DNA from: Actinomycetota bacterium
GTDB taxonomy: Bacteria > Actinomycetota > Actinomycetes > Actinomycetales > Microbacteriaceae
DNA length: 64,000 nucleotides
Reading direction: 5' to 3'
Assembly (NCBI GenBank): GCA_041176265.1
Contig: JBEDDI010000006.1
Coordinates: 1,026-65,025, forward strand
Positions 41,086 to 50,680 of the stretch are shown piece by piece. Below the pieces are notes generated by a model, which was given only the letters and a program-made list of their open reading frames with translations, was not told where the DNA came from and did not search any database. The position numbers and the translations under genes were made by a program. How positions within the stretch are numbered: the stretch's first letter is position 1; each line of letters starts with the position of its first letter.

Positions 41086-41817
41086 TCAGCGGGTGTCTGC
41101 GCAAGCAGGCGCCCGCTTTTTACTTTCGTCGGTTAGCGATAAGCGTTCGAGCGATTGCGCGTCGGTTTGGCCAGGCGAGACAACGATTGCGACTCCCCCG
41201 AAATCTATCCACGTTGCGCAAAACCGCTGAATCGGAGTCTGGCTCGGTTTGGTTGGCGTAGGAGCCTGATGCAACTCGCCATCGCTTGCGTTCGGGGCAC
41301 TCCCACGAAACGTGGTGGCTACCTCAGTGAAGCCGGTTCCGCTTGATGACCAACCAGCTGACGTCGTCGAAGCGAGTATCGCGACGATTAAGACGACTGC
41401 TCCGAGCCCAAAGACCCAGCGGTTGATAAGAGCGTGCTCAGCAAACACGGATCGCAACCAGTTTCTCTTAGGCGCGGACAGTTCCTGCATGCCGGTCGGC
41501 TTCAGTAGCCAAATGCCCGCATCTCCGCCTGTGGCAATACGCAATCGCGTCTCGAACGGCGGTAAGCCCGTCTGCGTTGTGTGATGCCTGGAGAGCTCGA
41601 GGAGCTGCCTAACTGTTGACACCGGCTTTGCGAGATAGATACCTCCGGTCTTTGACGCGATATGCCACCTCCGAAGAGCTCGCGGGAATCCCCCGACAGC
41701 CGATCGCACTAACGTCATTCCTTGAATGGCTGGGGTCAGGCTTCGGACAGGCACCCCCTCAGTGTGAGGTGATTCGCGTTGAAAACACGCGTTGAGCTGC
41801 AAACTGTTGAAATCCAC
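41086..41817 (-). CDS. Orphan hypothetical single-pass membrane protein
   Basis: 243-aa ORF (alternative start Met34, rc of 41716-41718). One clear TM helix (WVFGLGAVVLIVAILAS). No family motif recognised. It uses AGG/AGA/TTA/ATA/CTA codons that are rare in neighbouring genes. Its stop lies at the foot of the sucB terminator. Confidence 0.4.
   Translation of the reverse strand: MDFNSLQLNACFQRESPHTEGVPVRSLTPAIQGMTLVRSAVGGFPRALRRWHIASKTGGIYLAKPVSTVRQLLELSRHHTTQTGLPPFETRLRIATGGDAGIWLLKPTGMQELSAPKRNWLRSVFAEHALINRWVFGLGAVVLIVAILASTTSAGWSSSGTGFTEVATTFRGSAPNASDGELHQAPTPTKPSQTPIQRFCATWIDFGGVAIVVSPGQTDAQSLERLSLTDESKKRAPACADTR
41088..41121 (+). terminator. Intrinsic terminator of sucB
   Basis: AGCGGGTGTCTGC-GCAA-GCAGGCGCCCGCT: a 13-bp stem (two G-U pairs) with a GNRA-type tetraloop, followed by TTTT(T). 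Starts 14 nt after the sucB stop. Confidence 0.8.
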
Positions 41818-41842
41818 AATGATTTTGGCGATTTAGGATTGT

Positions 41843-42481
41843 GTGGTGCCAGAATTCCTAATCGCAGGGCTAGCCCCCGACTATGTCGAGTATCAGGCTG
41901 GCTGGGACCTGCAGCGCGAGGTGCACGCCGGGGTGGTCGCCAACGAGCGGCCCGATACCGTCATCCTGTTGGAGCACGAGAGCGTGTTCACGGCCGGAAA
42001 GCGCACCGAGGACAGCGAGAGGCCTACCGACGGCACTCCAGTCGTGGAGGTTGACCGTGGCGGCAAGATTACTTGGCACGGCCCGGGGCAGCTCATCGGT
42101 TATCCGATAATGCACCTACCGTTGCCAATCGATGTTGTCGGCTACGTGCGCTGGCTCGAACAGGTACTCATCGACAGCGTTGCGGAATTCGGTTTGCAAT
42201 GTGAGCGTGTTGAGGGGCGCACAGGCATCTGGGCACCTATCGATGGCGGTCACGTCAAGATTGCCGCGATCGGTATCCGTGTTGCCGAAAAAGTGACCAT
42301 GCACGGATTTGCTCTCAACTGCAACAACTCCCTAGACCCGTACGACACCATCGTCGCCTGCGGAATCCGCGATGCGGCGACTTCGACAATCACGCTCATG
42401 ACTGGCAACGAGGTGACCCCGGCCATGGCTGCCGAAGTCGTTCAACGCCGCCTGGGCGAAATAAGCAAGGTAAGGCTATGA
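41843..42481 (+). CDS. lipB: Lipoyl(octanoyl) transferase
   Basis: 212 aa. [22 protein letters not shown] and the catalytic Cys in IVACGI. Confidence 0.93.
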   Translation: MVPEFLIAGLAPDYVEYQAGWDLQREVHAGVVANERPDTVILLEHESVFTAGKRTEDSERPTDGTPVVEVDRGGKITWHGPGQLIGYPIMHLPLPIDVVGYVRWLEQVLIDSVAEFGLQCERVEGRTGIWAPIDGGHVKIAAIGIRVAEKVTMHGFALNCNNSLDPYDTIVACGIRDAATSTITLMTGNEVTPAMAAEVVQRRLGEISKVRL

Positions 42482-43470
42482 CCGAACAGAAGCCAGAACG
42501 CAAGCTCCTGCGCATCGAGGCACGTAATACCGCAGTGCCAATCGAAAAGAAGCCCGAGTGGATCAAGACCCGCGCCAAAATGGGTCCCGAATACCAAGCC
42601 CTACAGCTTCTGGTTAAGGGTGAGAACCTTCACACCGTGTGCCAAGAAGCGGGCTGCCCAAACATCTTTGAGTGTTGGGAAGATCGCGAAGCAACGTTCC
42701 TCATCGGCGGATCGCAATGCACGCGACGCTGCGACTTCTGCCAGATCGACACGGGCAAGCCTGCCGATTTCGATGCAGACGAACCTCGCCGAGTCGGCGA
42801 TTCGGTACGACAGATGGAGCTGCGATACGCCACCGTCACCGGCGTTGCACGTGACGACCTCGAGGACGAGGGAGCCTGGCTGTACGCCGAGACTATTCGT
42901 CAGATTCACCAGCAGTCCCCCGGCACTGGCGTGGAGATCCTTGTGCCTGACTTCTCGGGCAAGCCCGAGCTGCTGCAGCAGGTCTTTGATGCCAAGCCCG
43001 AGGTGTTCGCACACAACCTGGAGACCGTGCCTCGAATCTTCAAGCAGATTCGCCCGGCCTTTCGCTATGAACGCTCTCTCGACGTACTTACCCAGGCCCG
43101 AAATGCAGGACTCGTCACAAAGTCGAACCTAATCCTTGGCATGGGTGAGACCCGCGAGGAAATTGTTGAAGCCCTCGAGGACCTATACCGCGCGGGCACC
43201 GACATCGTCACGATTACGCAATACCTGCGCCCGACGCCTCGCCACCACCCGGTTGAACGATGGGTGAAGCCCGAAGAGTTTGTCGAGTTGAAGGCTGTGG
43301 CCGAACAGATCGGCTTCTTGGGTGTGTTGAGCGGACCCCTGGTTCGTAGCAGCTACCGCGCGGGTCGCCTGTGGGCCGGTTCGATGCAGAAAAAGGGCCG
43401 CGCGATCCCCGAAAATCTGCAGCACTTGGCCGACGCAGCGGCGCGCGACGGCTTCAGCCAAGCCGTCTAG
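42478..43470 (+). CDS. lipA: Lipoyl synthase (radical SAM)
   Basis: 330 aa. Auxiliary cluster [12 protein letters not shown] and radical-SAM [12 protein letters not shown] overlap with lipB. Confidence 0.96.
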   Translation: MTEQKPERKLLRIEARNTAVPIEKKPEWIKTRAKMGPEYQALQLLVKGENLHTVCQEAGCPNIFECWEDREATFLIGGSQCTRRCDFCQIDTGKPADFDADEPRRVGDSVRQMELRYATVTGVARDDLEDEGAWLYAETIRQIHQQSPGTGVEILVPDFSGKPELLQQVFDAKPEVFAHNLETVPRIFKQIRPAFRYERSLDVLTQARNAGLVTKSNLILGMGETREEIVEALEDLYRAGTDIVTITQYLRPTPRHHPVERWVKPEEFVELKAVAEQIGFLGVLSGPLVRSSYRAGRLWAGSMQKKGRAIPENLQHLADAAARDGFSQAV

Positions 43471-43486
43471 GCGAAGGGGTAGGCTA

Positions 43487-44194
43487 TTGCGCATGGCTAA
43501 GCAAGACGCACCAAAGAAACCAAAGAAGCAGGGTTCGATTCGCCAACTGCTGTCGATGTACCGAATGACGGTTAAAGAAGACAAGACAGCTATCTGGTGG
43601 GCACTCATCCCGCTAGTGGCCGGCGTTGGTGTCGGCGCGGTGATCGGTCTATTGATCGCACCAAACAATGGTTTTAGTCTCGCAATCTGGATGGTTACTG
43701 GCGGTCTGGCCGGCTTCCTTGGCTCGCTCATCACCATGTCGCGTCGAGCCGAGCGTGTGGCATACAAGAACATCGAGGGCAAGCCCGGCGCTGTCGGAGC
43801 CGTCATTTCGAGTGCGTTGAAGCGCGGATGGCGCACCAGTGAGCGTCCGATTGCCATCAACCCACGCACCTATGACGCGGTCTACCGCGCAATCGGCTCT
43901 GCAGGAGTCGTTCTCATCGCCGAGGGCAAGAGGGCTAACGTGCGTAACCTCGTCGAAGAAGAGCGCAAGCGCGTCGCAAAGATCGCTAGCGGGGCGCCGA
44001 TCCACGTGATCTGGGTTACCGACGGCGACGATGCAACGCCGATCTATAACCTGGCCAAGACCGTCTACAAGCTCAAGCGCGCGCTAACTCGCGCCGAGGT
44101 AACCGCCGTTGCCAATCGTCTGCAGACCGTCGGAATGAACCTGGCAGTGCCAAAGGGAATTGACCCTAACAAGTTCCGCGCACCCCGTCGCTAG
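43487..44194 (+). CDS. DUF4191-domain membrane protein
   Basis: 235 aa. N-terminal basic MAKQDAPKKPKKQGSIRQLLSMYRMT and two TM helices. Conserved downstream of lipA in actinobacteria. Confidence 0.75.
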   Translation: MRMAKQDAPKKPKKQGSIRQLLSMYRMTVKEDKTAIWWALIPLVAGVGVGAVIGLLIAPNNGFSLAIWMVTGGLAGFLGSLITMSRRAERVAYKNIEGKPGAVGAVISSALKRGWRTSERPIAINPRTYDAVYRAIGSAGVVLIAEGKRANVRNLVEEERKRVAKIASGAPIHVIWVTDGDDATPIYNLAKTVYKLKRALTRAEVTAVANRLQTVGMNLAVPKGIDPNKFRAPRR

Positions 44195-44209
44195 GACAAG
44201 CTTCAGCCG

Positions 44210-44245
44210 AACGCCCGTTCCTTATGGTGCGGGCGTTTCGCTTTG
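44210..44245 (+). terminator. Probable intrinsic terminator after the DUF4191 gene
   Basis: AACGCCCG(T)...(G)CGGGCGTT stem of 8-9 bp with a 10-12 nt loop, followed by TCGCTTTG. The weak U-tract keeps confidence moderate to low. Confidence 0.35.
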
Positions 44246-44263
44246 CAATGGCCGCTTGGGGCT

Positions 44264-44656
44264 TTAGCGACGAACCAGAACGGTACCGGCAGCTTTGTCG
44301 TGCAGGCCGCGGTTGTCGGCGTCCCAGATGGTTGCGGGGATGACCAGCAGCAGGAGCGCCACTCTGATAGCCGAGCGCCATAGACCGATCCATCGCCCAT
44401 CCAGTGCGCTGACGCGCATCCCGAACAGACGGTGACCAACCGTTCCGCCGGTGGTAGCGACTGAAAGCCAGCTGTAACCGAAGAAAACCGCGAGCGTGGC
44501 AACGTTTTCGTCGTTGAAAAAGGCCTTGGATATCAGCGAAACGATGACCCAGTCGACCAGCAGGGCGGCGGCGCGGCGGCCAACCTTTGCGAGACTGCCT
44601 GGGCCGGTTTCGGGCAAACCAAGACGCTTGCCTGCCCAGTCGGATGCGTGTGCCAT
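44264..44656 (-). CDS. RDD-family membrane protein
   Basis: 130 aa. GRRAAALLVDWVIVSLI and the RDD-type pattern ...HDKAAGTVLVRR at the C-terminus. Confidence 0.75.
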   Translation of the reverse strand: MAHASDWAGKRLGLPETGPGSLAKVGRRAAALLVDWVIVSLISKAFFNDENVATLAVFFGYSWLSVATTGGTVGHRLFGMRVSALDGRWIGLWRSAIRVALLLLVIPATIWDADNRGLHDKAAGTVLVRR

Positions 44657-44664
44657 CCGGCTAG

Positions 44665-44693
44665 GTTACGCGAAAGTTTTACATGGCGGAAAC
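44665..44693 (+). promoter_or_regulatory. GlnR-box-like motif upstream of glnA
   Basis: GTTAC-N8-TTTAC-ATGGCG-GAAAC. The TTTAC-N6-GAAAC core (44678-44693) has the same a/b half-sites as the amt site. It ends 101 nt upstream of the glnA ATG. Confidence 0.35.
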
Positions 44694-44793
44694 ATTCACG
44701 AACAGCCTACGTAGGTGCGGGCAAATAGACTTATGGGGACGGCCTAAAGGCGTGCCGGTCTTCCCAAATCCATTTATCGAAGGGATTACCCCT

Positions 44794-46218
44794 ATGTTCA
44801 AGTCTGCCTCAGAGGTAGTCAAGTACATCAAGGACAACGACGTAAAGTTCCTTGACGTTCGATTCACCGATCTTCCAGGTGTCCAGCAGCACTTCAACCT
44901 TCCAGCAAGCATGATCGACGAGCAGTTCTTCGTCGACGGCCAGCTGTTCGATGGTTCATCGATCCGCGGTTTCGCTTCGATCCACGAGTCGGACATGCAG
45001 CTCATCCCTGACGTCACCACCGCATACCTCGACGCATTCCGCGCCGAGAAGACCCTTGTCATGCTGTTCGACATCTACAACCCACGTAACGGCGAGATCT
45101 ACGCTCGCGACCCACGTCAGGTTGCCAAGAAGGCAGAGGCGTACCTCGCGAGCACCGGCATCGCAGACACCGCCTTCTTCGCACCTGAAGCCGAATTCTT
45201 CATCTTCGATGACGTTCGCTACGAGTACAAGGCGAACGGTTCGATGCACTTTGTTGACTCGAGCGAAGGCGCCTGGAACTCGGGCCGCAAGGAAGAGGGC
45301 GGAAACCTCGCCAACAAGACCCCATTCAAGGGTGGCTACTTCCCTGTTACCCCAGTTGACCAGCACGCAGACATGCGCGACAACATCGTTCTAGAGCTTG
45401 AGGCAGCTGGTCTGCAGGTAGAGCGCTCGCACCACGAGGTTGGCACCGCCGGTCAGGGCGAGATCAACTACCGCTTCGACACCCTCGTAAGCGCTGCTGA
45501 CGACATCCTGAAGTTCAAGTACATCGTCAAGAACGTCGCACACCAGTGGGGTAAGACCGCAACCTTCATGCCAAAGCCTGTCTTCGGCGACAACGGTTCG
45601 GGCATGCACGTTCACCAGTCGCTGTGGAGCAACGGCAAGCCGCTGTTCTACGACGAGGCCGGCTACGGCGGTCTTTCGGACCTGGCCCGCTGGTACATCG
45701 GTGGTCTGCTGAAGCACGCTCCTTCGCTGCTCGCATTCACCAACCCAACCGTCAACTCGTACCACCGCCTAGTCCCAGGCTTCGAGGCGCCAGTCAACCT
45801 GGTTTACTCGGCAGGTAACCGCTCGGCTGCAATTCGCATCCCGATGACCGGCACCAACGCCAAGGCGAAGCGCATCGAGTTCCGTGCACCTGACGCATCG
45901 AGCAACCCATACCTCGCATTCGCTGCGATGATGATGGCTGGCCTCGACGGCATCAAGAACCGCATCGAGCCACACGCACCTGTCGACAAGGACCTCTACG
46001 AGCTTCCTGCCGAAGAGGCAAAGCTCATCCCTCAGGTTCCTGGCAACCTGGAGGACGTCCTCAAGGCTCTCGAGGCTGACCACGACTACCTGCTCGCAGG
46101 CGACGTGTTCACCAAGGACCTCATCGAAACCTGGATCGACTACAAGCGCGAGAACGAGATCAAGCCTCTCGCACTGCGTCCTCACCCATACGAGTTCGAG
46201 CTTTACTACGGCGTCTAG
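44794..46218 (+). CDS. glnA: Glutamine synthetase type I (adenylylatable)
   Basis: 474 aa from the ATG at 44794 (GAAGGGA upstream), reading [29 protein letters not shown]. Also GSGMHVHQS, and the adenylylation-site context [10 protein letters not shown]. The ORF-track start at 44683 adds 37 non-conserved residues. Confidence 0.95.
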   Translation: MFKSASEVVKYIKDNDVKFLDVRFTDLPGVQQHFNLPASMIDEQFFVDGQLFDGSSIRGFASIHESDMQLIPDVTTAYLDAFRAEKTLVMLFDIYNPRNGEIYARDPRQVAKKAEAYLASTGIADTAFFAPEAEFFIFDDVRYEYKANGSMHFVDSSEGAWNSGRKEEGGNLANKTPFKGGYFPVTPVDQHADMRDNIVLELEAAGLQVERSHHEVGTAGQGEINYRFDTLVSAADDILKFKYIVKNVAHQWGKTATFMPKPVFGDNGSGMHVHQSLWSNGKPLFYDEAGYGGLSDLARWYIGGLLKHAPSLLAFTNPTVNSYHRLVPGFEAPVNLVYSAGNRSAAIRIPMTGTNAKAKRIEFRAPDASSNPYLAFAAMMMAGLDGIKNRIEPHAPVDKDLYELPAEEAKLIPQVPGNLEDVLKALEADHDYLLAGDVFTKDLIETWIDYKRENEIKPLALRPHPYEFELYYGV

Positions 46219-46236
46219 TCGTTAGTAAAACTCGCG

Positions 46237-46270
46237 AGGGGCTGCACCGGTTGGTGTGGCCCCTTTCTCG
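46237..46270 (+). terminator. Intrinsic terminator between convergent glnA and glnE
   Basis: AGGGGCTGCACC-GGTT-GGTGTGGCCCCT: a 12-bp stem (two G-U pairs) followed by TTCTCGTT. The opposite strand has GAGTTTT a few nt beyond the stem, so it may act weakly in both directions. Confidence 0.65.
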
Positions 46271-46298
46271 TTAGGCGGTCAGTTTGAAGCCGCAACGG

Positions 46299-49200
46299 CT
46301 AGTAAGCGTAAAAAAGGCGTTCGAAAACGGCTCGTGCGCGACGGGTTGCACCGAGGTAGTCATCCTCGAATGCGGTCGCTCCCCCACGCGGGTACTCGAG
46401 GATTCGCGCCATACCCTCTAGTTGCTTTCGATCAGTTGGTAGCACATCCGAGCGCTTGTTTCCCCAAAGAACGGATGCCGATCGGGCGCGCGAAGCTAGC
46501 AACCAGGCCTCTTCTAGAACTCTCGCGTCGTGCTCTGCCACGAGTCCTTCTTCAGCCGCTGCGTGCAGCGCATCGAGTGTCCTCGGCGTTCGAATCGACG
46601 GATGCGCCGAGCCGTGCATGAGTTGCAGAAGTTGAACCAACCACTCGACATCGCTCAGGGAACCGCGACCAAGCTTCATGTGGCGCTTTGGGTCGGCCCC
46701 TTGCGGCAGGCGTTCCGTCTCGACACGCGCCTTGATGCGTCGGATCTCGATGATCGCGGCAGGGTCGAGGTTTGCTGGGTATCGGTACCGATCGATTAGT
46801 TGGGTGAACGCCTCGCGCACGGCCTCACCGCCGGCGATGAATCGAGCGCGAAGTAAGGCCTGCGCCTCCCACGTGTCGCTCCAACGTTCGTAATAGGCGG
46901 CGTATGACTCAACCGAGCGCGCAACGGCACCCTTCTTGCCCTCGGGGCGCAGGTCGAGATCTAGTTCGAATTCCAGTAGTGGATCCGTTGAGAGACGCTT
47001 GAGCTCTGCGATAACGCGTTCCGCGGTCTTCTGGGCTGCCTCGCCCGCATAGCCCGACTGCGGTTCATAGACGAACATAACGTCGGCATCAGAACCGAAA
47101 CCGAGTTCTGCACCGCCAAATCGACCCATTGCGACGATTCCGAAGTCGAGGACCTCCCCCAGCGGGCGGTCGCTAACGTCGGCATCGGCGTAAGCGCCAA
47201 CACACTTCAGCAGACCGGTCAAATATGCTTCGGTGAGGTCCGTGATGCCTTTATTGACTTGGGCAAGGGTTAGTTTGCCGAGCACGGCGCCGATGGCGAT
47301 ACGGAGCGTTTCACGGCGTCGCAGGGTGCGGATGGTGGCTGCCGCGGTGTCGACGCTCTCGTGGCGCTCGATAATCGCGTCGAGCTCAGTGGCCAACTCG
47401 GCGACGGTGAGCGGCACGAGGTCTTCGTCGCGCTCGAACCAAGCGGCCGCCTCGGGGATGCGCTCAAACAGTTCGGTTGCCAGGCGTGAGTTGGCTAATA
47501 CTCGTGTCATGTCCTGTGCCGCGCCACTCGAATCGCGCAGCATGCGCAAGTACCAGTGCGACTCGCCAAGATCCTCAGAGAGGCGACGGAAGGCCAGCAG
47601 CGCCGCATCGGGCGCGGTTCCCTCGGAGAACCACTGGAGTAGCACCGGGAGCAGCTGCTTCTGAATGGCTGCGCGGCGCGAGAGACCCGAGGTCAGAGCT
47701 TGAATGTGAACGAGCGCACCCTTGGCGTCTTCGAAACCGATCGCCTTCAGGCGGTCGTAGGCCTGCTCCGAACTCAGCTCGAGACTCTCTCCGTCGAGTC
47801 GTGCCACAGCTGACAATAGCGGGCGGTAGAAGAGCTTCTGGTGCAGGCTGCGGACCTCGAGCTTGATGGCTTCCCAGCGCCTAATCAGCTCCTCGGCTGG
47901 CCACTTGGTATTGACGCCGCGAGCGAGTGCTCGTTGCGCAGTCTCAGACGTGGGCATGAGGTGGGTGCGGCGCATGTTCGACAACTGAATACGATGTTCG
48001 AGCAGACGCAGGAAGCGGTAATGCTGCGCGAAGAGGCCTGCCTCAGAGCGCCCGATGTAGCCAGCATCGGCCAGTGCGGCCAGGGCTCCTAGCGTGTCTC
48101 GTTGACGCACAGTCTCGTCGGTGCGGCCGTGGACGAGCTGCAGCAACTGCACCGTGAACTCGACGTCGCGGAGGCCACCGGGGCCAAGCTTGATCTGACG
48201 CGAGACCTCATCAGCCGGAATGTGATCGGTTACGCGTTCGCGCATCTTGCGTGCGCTCTCGACGAAGTTATCGCGGCTGGCCGAGGCCCACACCTTGGGA
48301 TGCAAAGCGGCGACGTACGCTTCGCCGAGTTCGATGTCGCCGGCGATTGGACGGGCCTTCAGAAGCGCCTGGAACTCCCAGTTCTCGGCCCAGCGCTCGT
48401 AGTAGGCCACGTGGCTCTCGAGCGTGCGGACTAGGGCTCCCGCCTTGCCCTCGGGGCGTAGGTTGGGGTCGACCTGCCAGAGTCCTGGCTCGGTAGCGGT
48501 ACCGTCCATGGCGCGCATCATGCGGGTAGCTAGCTTAGTCGCGACCTCAACCGCGCGTGAAGTTTCGGTTCGTTCGTGCAGGCTCCTGGCCACGTAGATA
48601 ACGTCGACGTCTGAGATGTAGTTAAGTTCTCGGGCACCGCATTTGCCCATGGCGAGGATCGCCAAAGCCGAATCGGCTACCTCATCGGCCGTGAAAACAC
48701 CGAATTCGTTGCTGAGGCTCAACTCCGCTCTCGCCACTGTTAGCCCGGTTTCGAGGGCCGCCCCGGCAAGATCGGCGAGAGCTGCGGCCACCGCGGGTTG
48801 AGCCGCCTGAGGATCGTCCGAGGTTACGTCGAAGATAGCAACTCGCAAGAGCAGTTTGCGATACTCGATGCGTAACGCGGACCAAGCCTTAGCCGAGTCG
48901 AAACCCTGCGATAGCAGAGGCGCAACAGACTTTGACATCTGCTTCGTTGCCTCATCCTGCGTTGGCAAGGCGATGGTCTTTTGTTCGAATAGTTCGAACG
49001 CGCTCGGCTGGCGACGTAGAAAATCGACCAAGGCCGAGGAAGCCCCGAGCACGCAGCACAGCGGAACGGCAGTCTCCTCGCGCTTCAGGAGCTTCTTGAT
49101 GGTCGACTTGTCAAGCTCGGCAAACGTTAGCAAGGCGTTCAGGGCCTGGTCGGGGTCGGCTGCCTTGGCTAGTGATGCCACTGCGGCACGACCCGAATCG

Positions 49201-49307
49201 CCAACGAGCGCTACGAGTTGGTCTAGCTTGGCGAGAGTTCCGCTCAGATCCGCGAAGCCGAATCGAGCCAGTTCAGAAAGCCCGCCTGGGCGATCCGGGT
49301 AGCCCAT
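46299..49307 (-). CDS. glnE: Bifunctional glutamine synthetase adenylyltransferase/adenylyl-removing enzyme
   Basis: 1002 aa with two nucleotidyltransferase halves: GKCGARELNYISDVDVIYV and GRFGGAELGFGSDADVMFV, each followed by a LDLRPEGK-type motif. Confidence 0.95.
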   Translation of the reverse strand: MGYPDRPGGLSELARFGFADLSGTLAKLDQLVALVGDSGRAAVASLAKAADPDQALNALLTFAELDKSTIKKLLKREETAVPLCCVLGASSALVDFLRRQPSAFELFEQKTIALPTQDEATKQMSKSVAPLLSQGFDSAKAWSALRIEYRKLLLRVAIFDVTSDDPQAAQPAVAAALADLAGAALETGLTVARAELSLSNEFGVFTADEVADSALAILAMGKCGARELNYISDVDVIYVARSLHERTETSRAVEVATKLATRMMRAMDGTATEPGLWQVDPNLRPEGKAGALVRTLESHVAYYERWAENWEFQALLKARPIAGDIELGEAYVAALHPKVWASASRDNFVESARKMRERVTDHIPADEVSRQIKLGPGGLRDVEFTVQLLQLVHGRTDETVRQRDTLGALAALADAGYIGRSEAGLFAQHYRFLRLLEHRIQLSNMRRTHLMPTSETAQRALARGVNTKWPAEELIRRWEAIKLEVRSLHQKLFYRPLLSAVARLDGESLELSSEQAYDRLKAIGFEDAKGALVHIQALTSGLSRRAAIQKQLLPVLLQWFSEGTAPDAALLAFRRLSEDLGESHWYLRMLRDSSGAAQDMTRVLANSRLATELFERIPEAAAWFERDEDLVPLTVAELATELDAIIERHESVDTAAATIRTLRRRETLRIAIGAVLGKLTLAQVNKGITDLTEAYLTGLLKCVGAYADADVSDRPLGEVLDFGIVAMGRFGGAELGFGSDADVMFVYEPQSGYAGEAAQKTAERVIAELKRLSTDPLLEFELDLDLRPEGKKGAVARSVESYAAYYERWSDTWEAQALLRARFIAGGEAVREAFTQLIDRYRYPANLDPAAIIEIRRIKARVETERLPQGADPKRHMKLGRGSLSDVEWLVQLLQLMHGSAHPSIRTPRTLDALHAAAEEGLVAEHDARVLEEAWLLASRARSASVLWGNKRSDVLPTDRKQLEGMARILEYPRGGATAFEDDYLGATRRARAVFERLFYAY

Positions 49308-49310
49308 GGC

Positions 49311-50648
49311 CTAGAGAACTTCGAAGTTTTGCTTCAGCTCGAACGGGGTTACCTGGGCGCGGTACTCGCTCCATTCGCGACGCTTGTTCGCAAGGACGTA
49401 GCTAAAGACCTCTTCGCCGAGGGTCTCGGCAGCAAGCTCCGATTCCTCGAGTTTGCGAATCGCGTGATCCAGCGACTGCGGAAGCGGCTGGATGCCCATA
49501 GCACGACGCTCTGAGTCACTCAGGTTCCAGACGTTGTCCTCGGTCTCGGTTGGCAGCTCGTACTCGTTCTCGATGCCCTTCAAGCCAGCGCTAAGCAACA
49601 GCGCGTATGCCAAGTAAGGGTTAGCCGCCGAGTCGATGGCACGGTACTCGATGCGCGAGCTGTTGCCCTTGTCCGGCTTGTATAGCGGCACGCGGATCAA
49701 GGCGGAGCGGTTGTTGTGACCCCAGCAGACGAAGCTCGGGGCCTCGCCTCCGCCCCAAAGGCGCTTGTACGAGTTGACGTACTGGTTAGTAACAGCAGTT
49801 ATCTCGGGTGCGTGACGCAACAAGCCGGCGATGAAGTGCTTTGCGGTCTTGCTCAGGTGGTACTTGCCCGATGGGTCGAAGAATGCGTTTGAATCACCCT
49901 CGAACAGGCTCATGTGGGTGTGCATGCCCGAACCAGGGTGCTCGGTGAATGGCTTCGGCATGAAGGTCGCATAGACACCCTGCTCGATAGCCACCTCCTT
50001 GATGACGGTTCGGAAGGTCATAATGTTGTCGGCCATGGTCAAGGCATCGGCGTAGCGAAGGTCAATCTCGTTCTGACCCGGACCGCCCTCGTGGTGGCTG
50101 AACTCGACCGAGATGCCGAGCTGCTCGAGCATCTGCACTGCCTTGCGGCGGAAGTCGTGGGCGGTGCCGCCAGGGACATTGTCGAAGTATCCGGCCTTGT
50201 CAACAGGAATCGGCCCTTCAGGGCCAATCTGTGACGACTTGAGCAGATAGAACTCGATCTCGGGGTGAATGTAGAACGAGAATCCTAGGTCCGACGCTTT
50301 GGCCAATGCGCGACGCAGAACGTTGCGCGGATCAGCGGCTGCGGGCTGGCCGTCAGGAGTCTGAATGTCGCAGAACATACGGGCGGTTGGGTCAATCTCG
50401 CCGCGCCAAGGAAGAATCTGGAACGTGCTCGGATCTGGCATTGCCAGCATGTCGGCCTCGTAGGTTCGGGCTAGGCCTTCGATGGCAGAACCGTCGAACC
50501 CGAGGCCCTCGGCGAATGCACCCTCGACCTCTGCCGGAGCGATCGCTACCGACTTTAAAGTGCCAGCGACGTCGGTGAACCAAAGTCGCACAAACTTGAC
50601 GCCGCGCTCCTCAATAGTTCGCAGAACAAAGTCGGTTTGCTTATCCAT
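49311..50648 (-). CDS. glnA2: Glutamine synthetase family protein (GlnA2-type, no adenylylation Tyr motif)
   Basis: 445 aa. VKFVRLWFTDVAGTLKS, GSGMHTHMSLF and NRSALIRVP. The region equivalent to the adenylylation loop reads NVWNLSDSE. Starts 3 nt upstream of glnE. Confidence 0.9.
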   Translation of the reverse strand: MDKQTDFVLRTIEERGVKFVRLWFTDVAGTLKSVAIAPAEVEGAFAEGLGFDGSAIEGLARTYEADMLAMPDPSTFQILPWRGEIDPTARMFCDIQTPDGQPAAADPRNVLRRALAKASDLGFSFYIHPEIEFYLLKSSQIGPEGPIPVDKAGYFDNVPGGTAHDFRRKAVQMLEQLGISVEFSHHEGGPGQNEIDLRYADALTMADNIMTFRTVIKEVAIEQGVYATFMPKPFTEHPGSGMHTHMSLFEGDSNAFFDPSGKYHLSKTAKHFIAGLLRHAPEITAVTNQYVNSYKRLWGGGEAPSFVCWGHNNRSALIRVPLYKPDKGNSSRIEYRAIDSAANPYLAYALLLSAGLKGIENEYELPTETEDNVWNLSDSERRAMGIQPLPQSLDHAIRKLEESELAAETLGEEVFSYVLANKRREWSEYRAQVTPFELKQNFEVL

Positions 50649-50680
50649 CGGCTGGTCCTCTCATACCTGCTACTAGGCTA

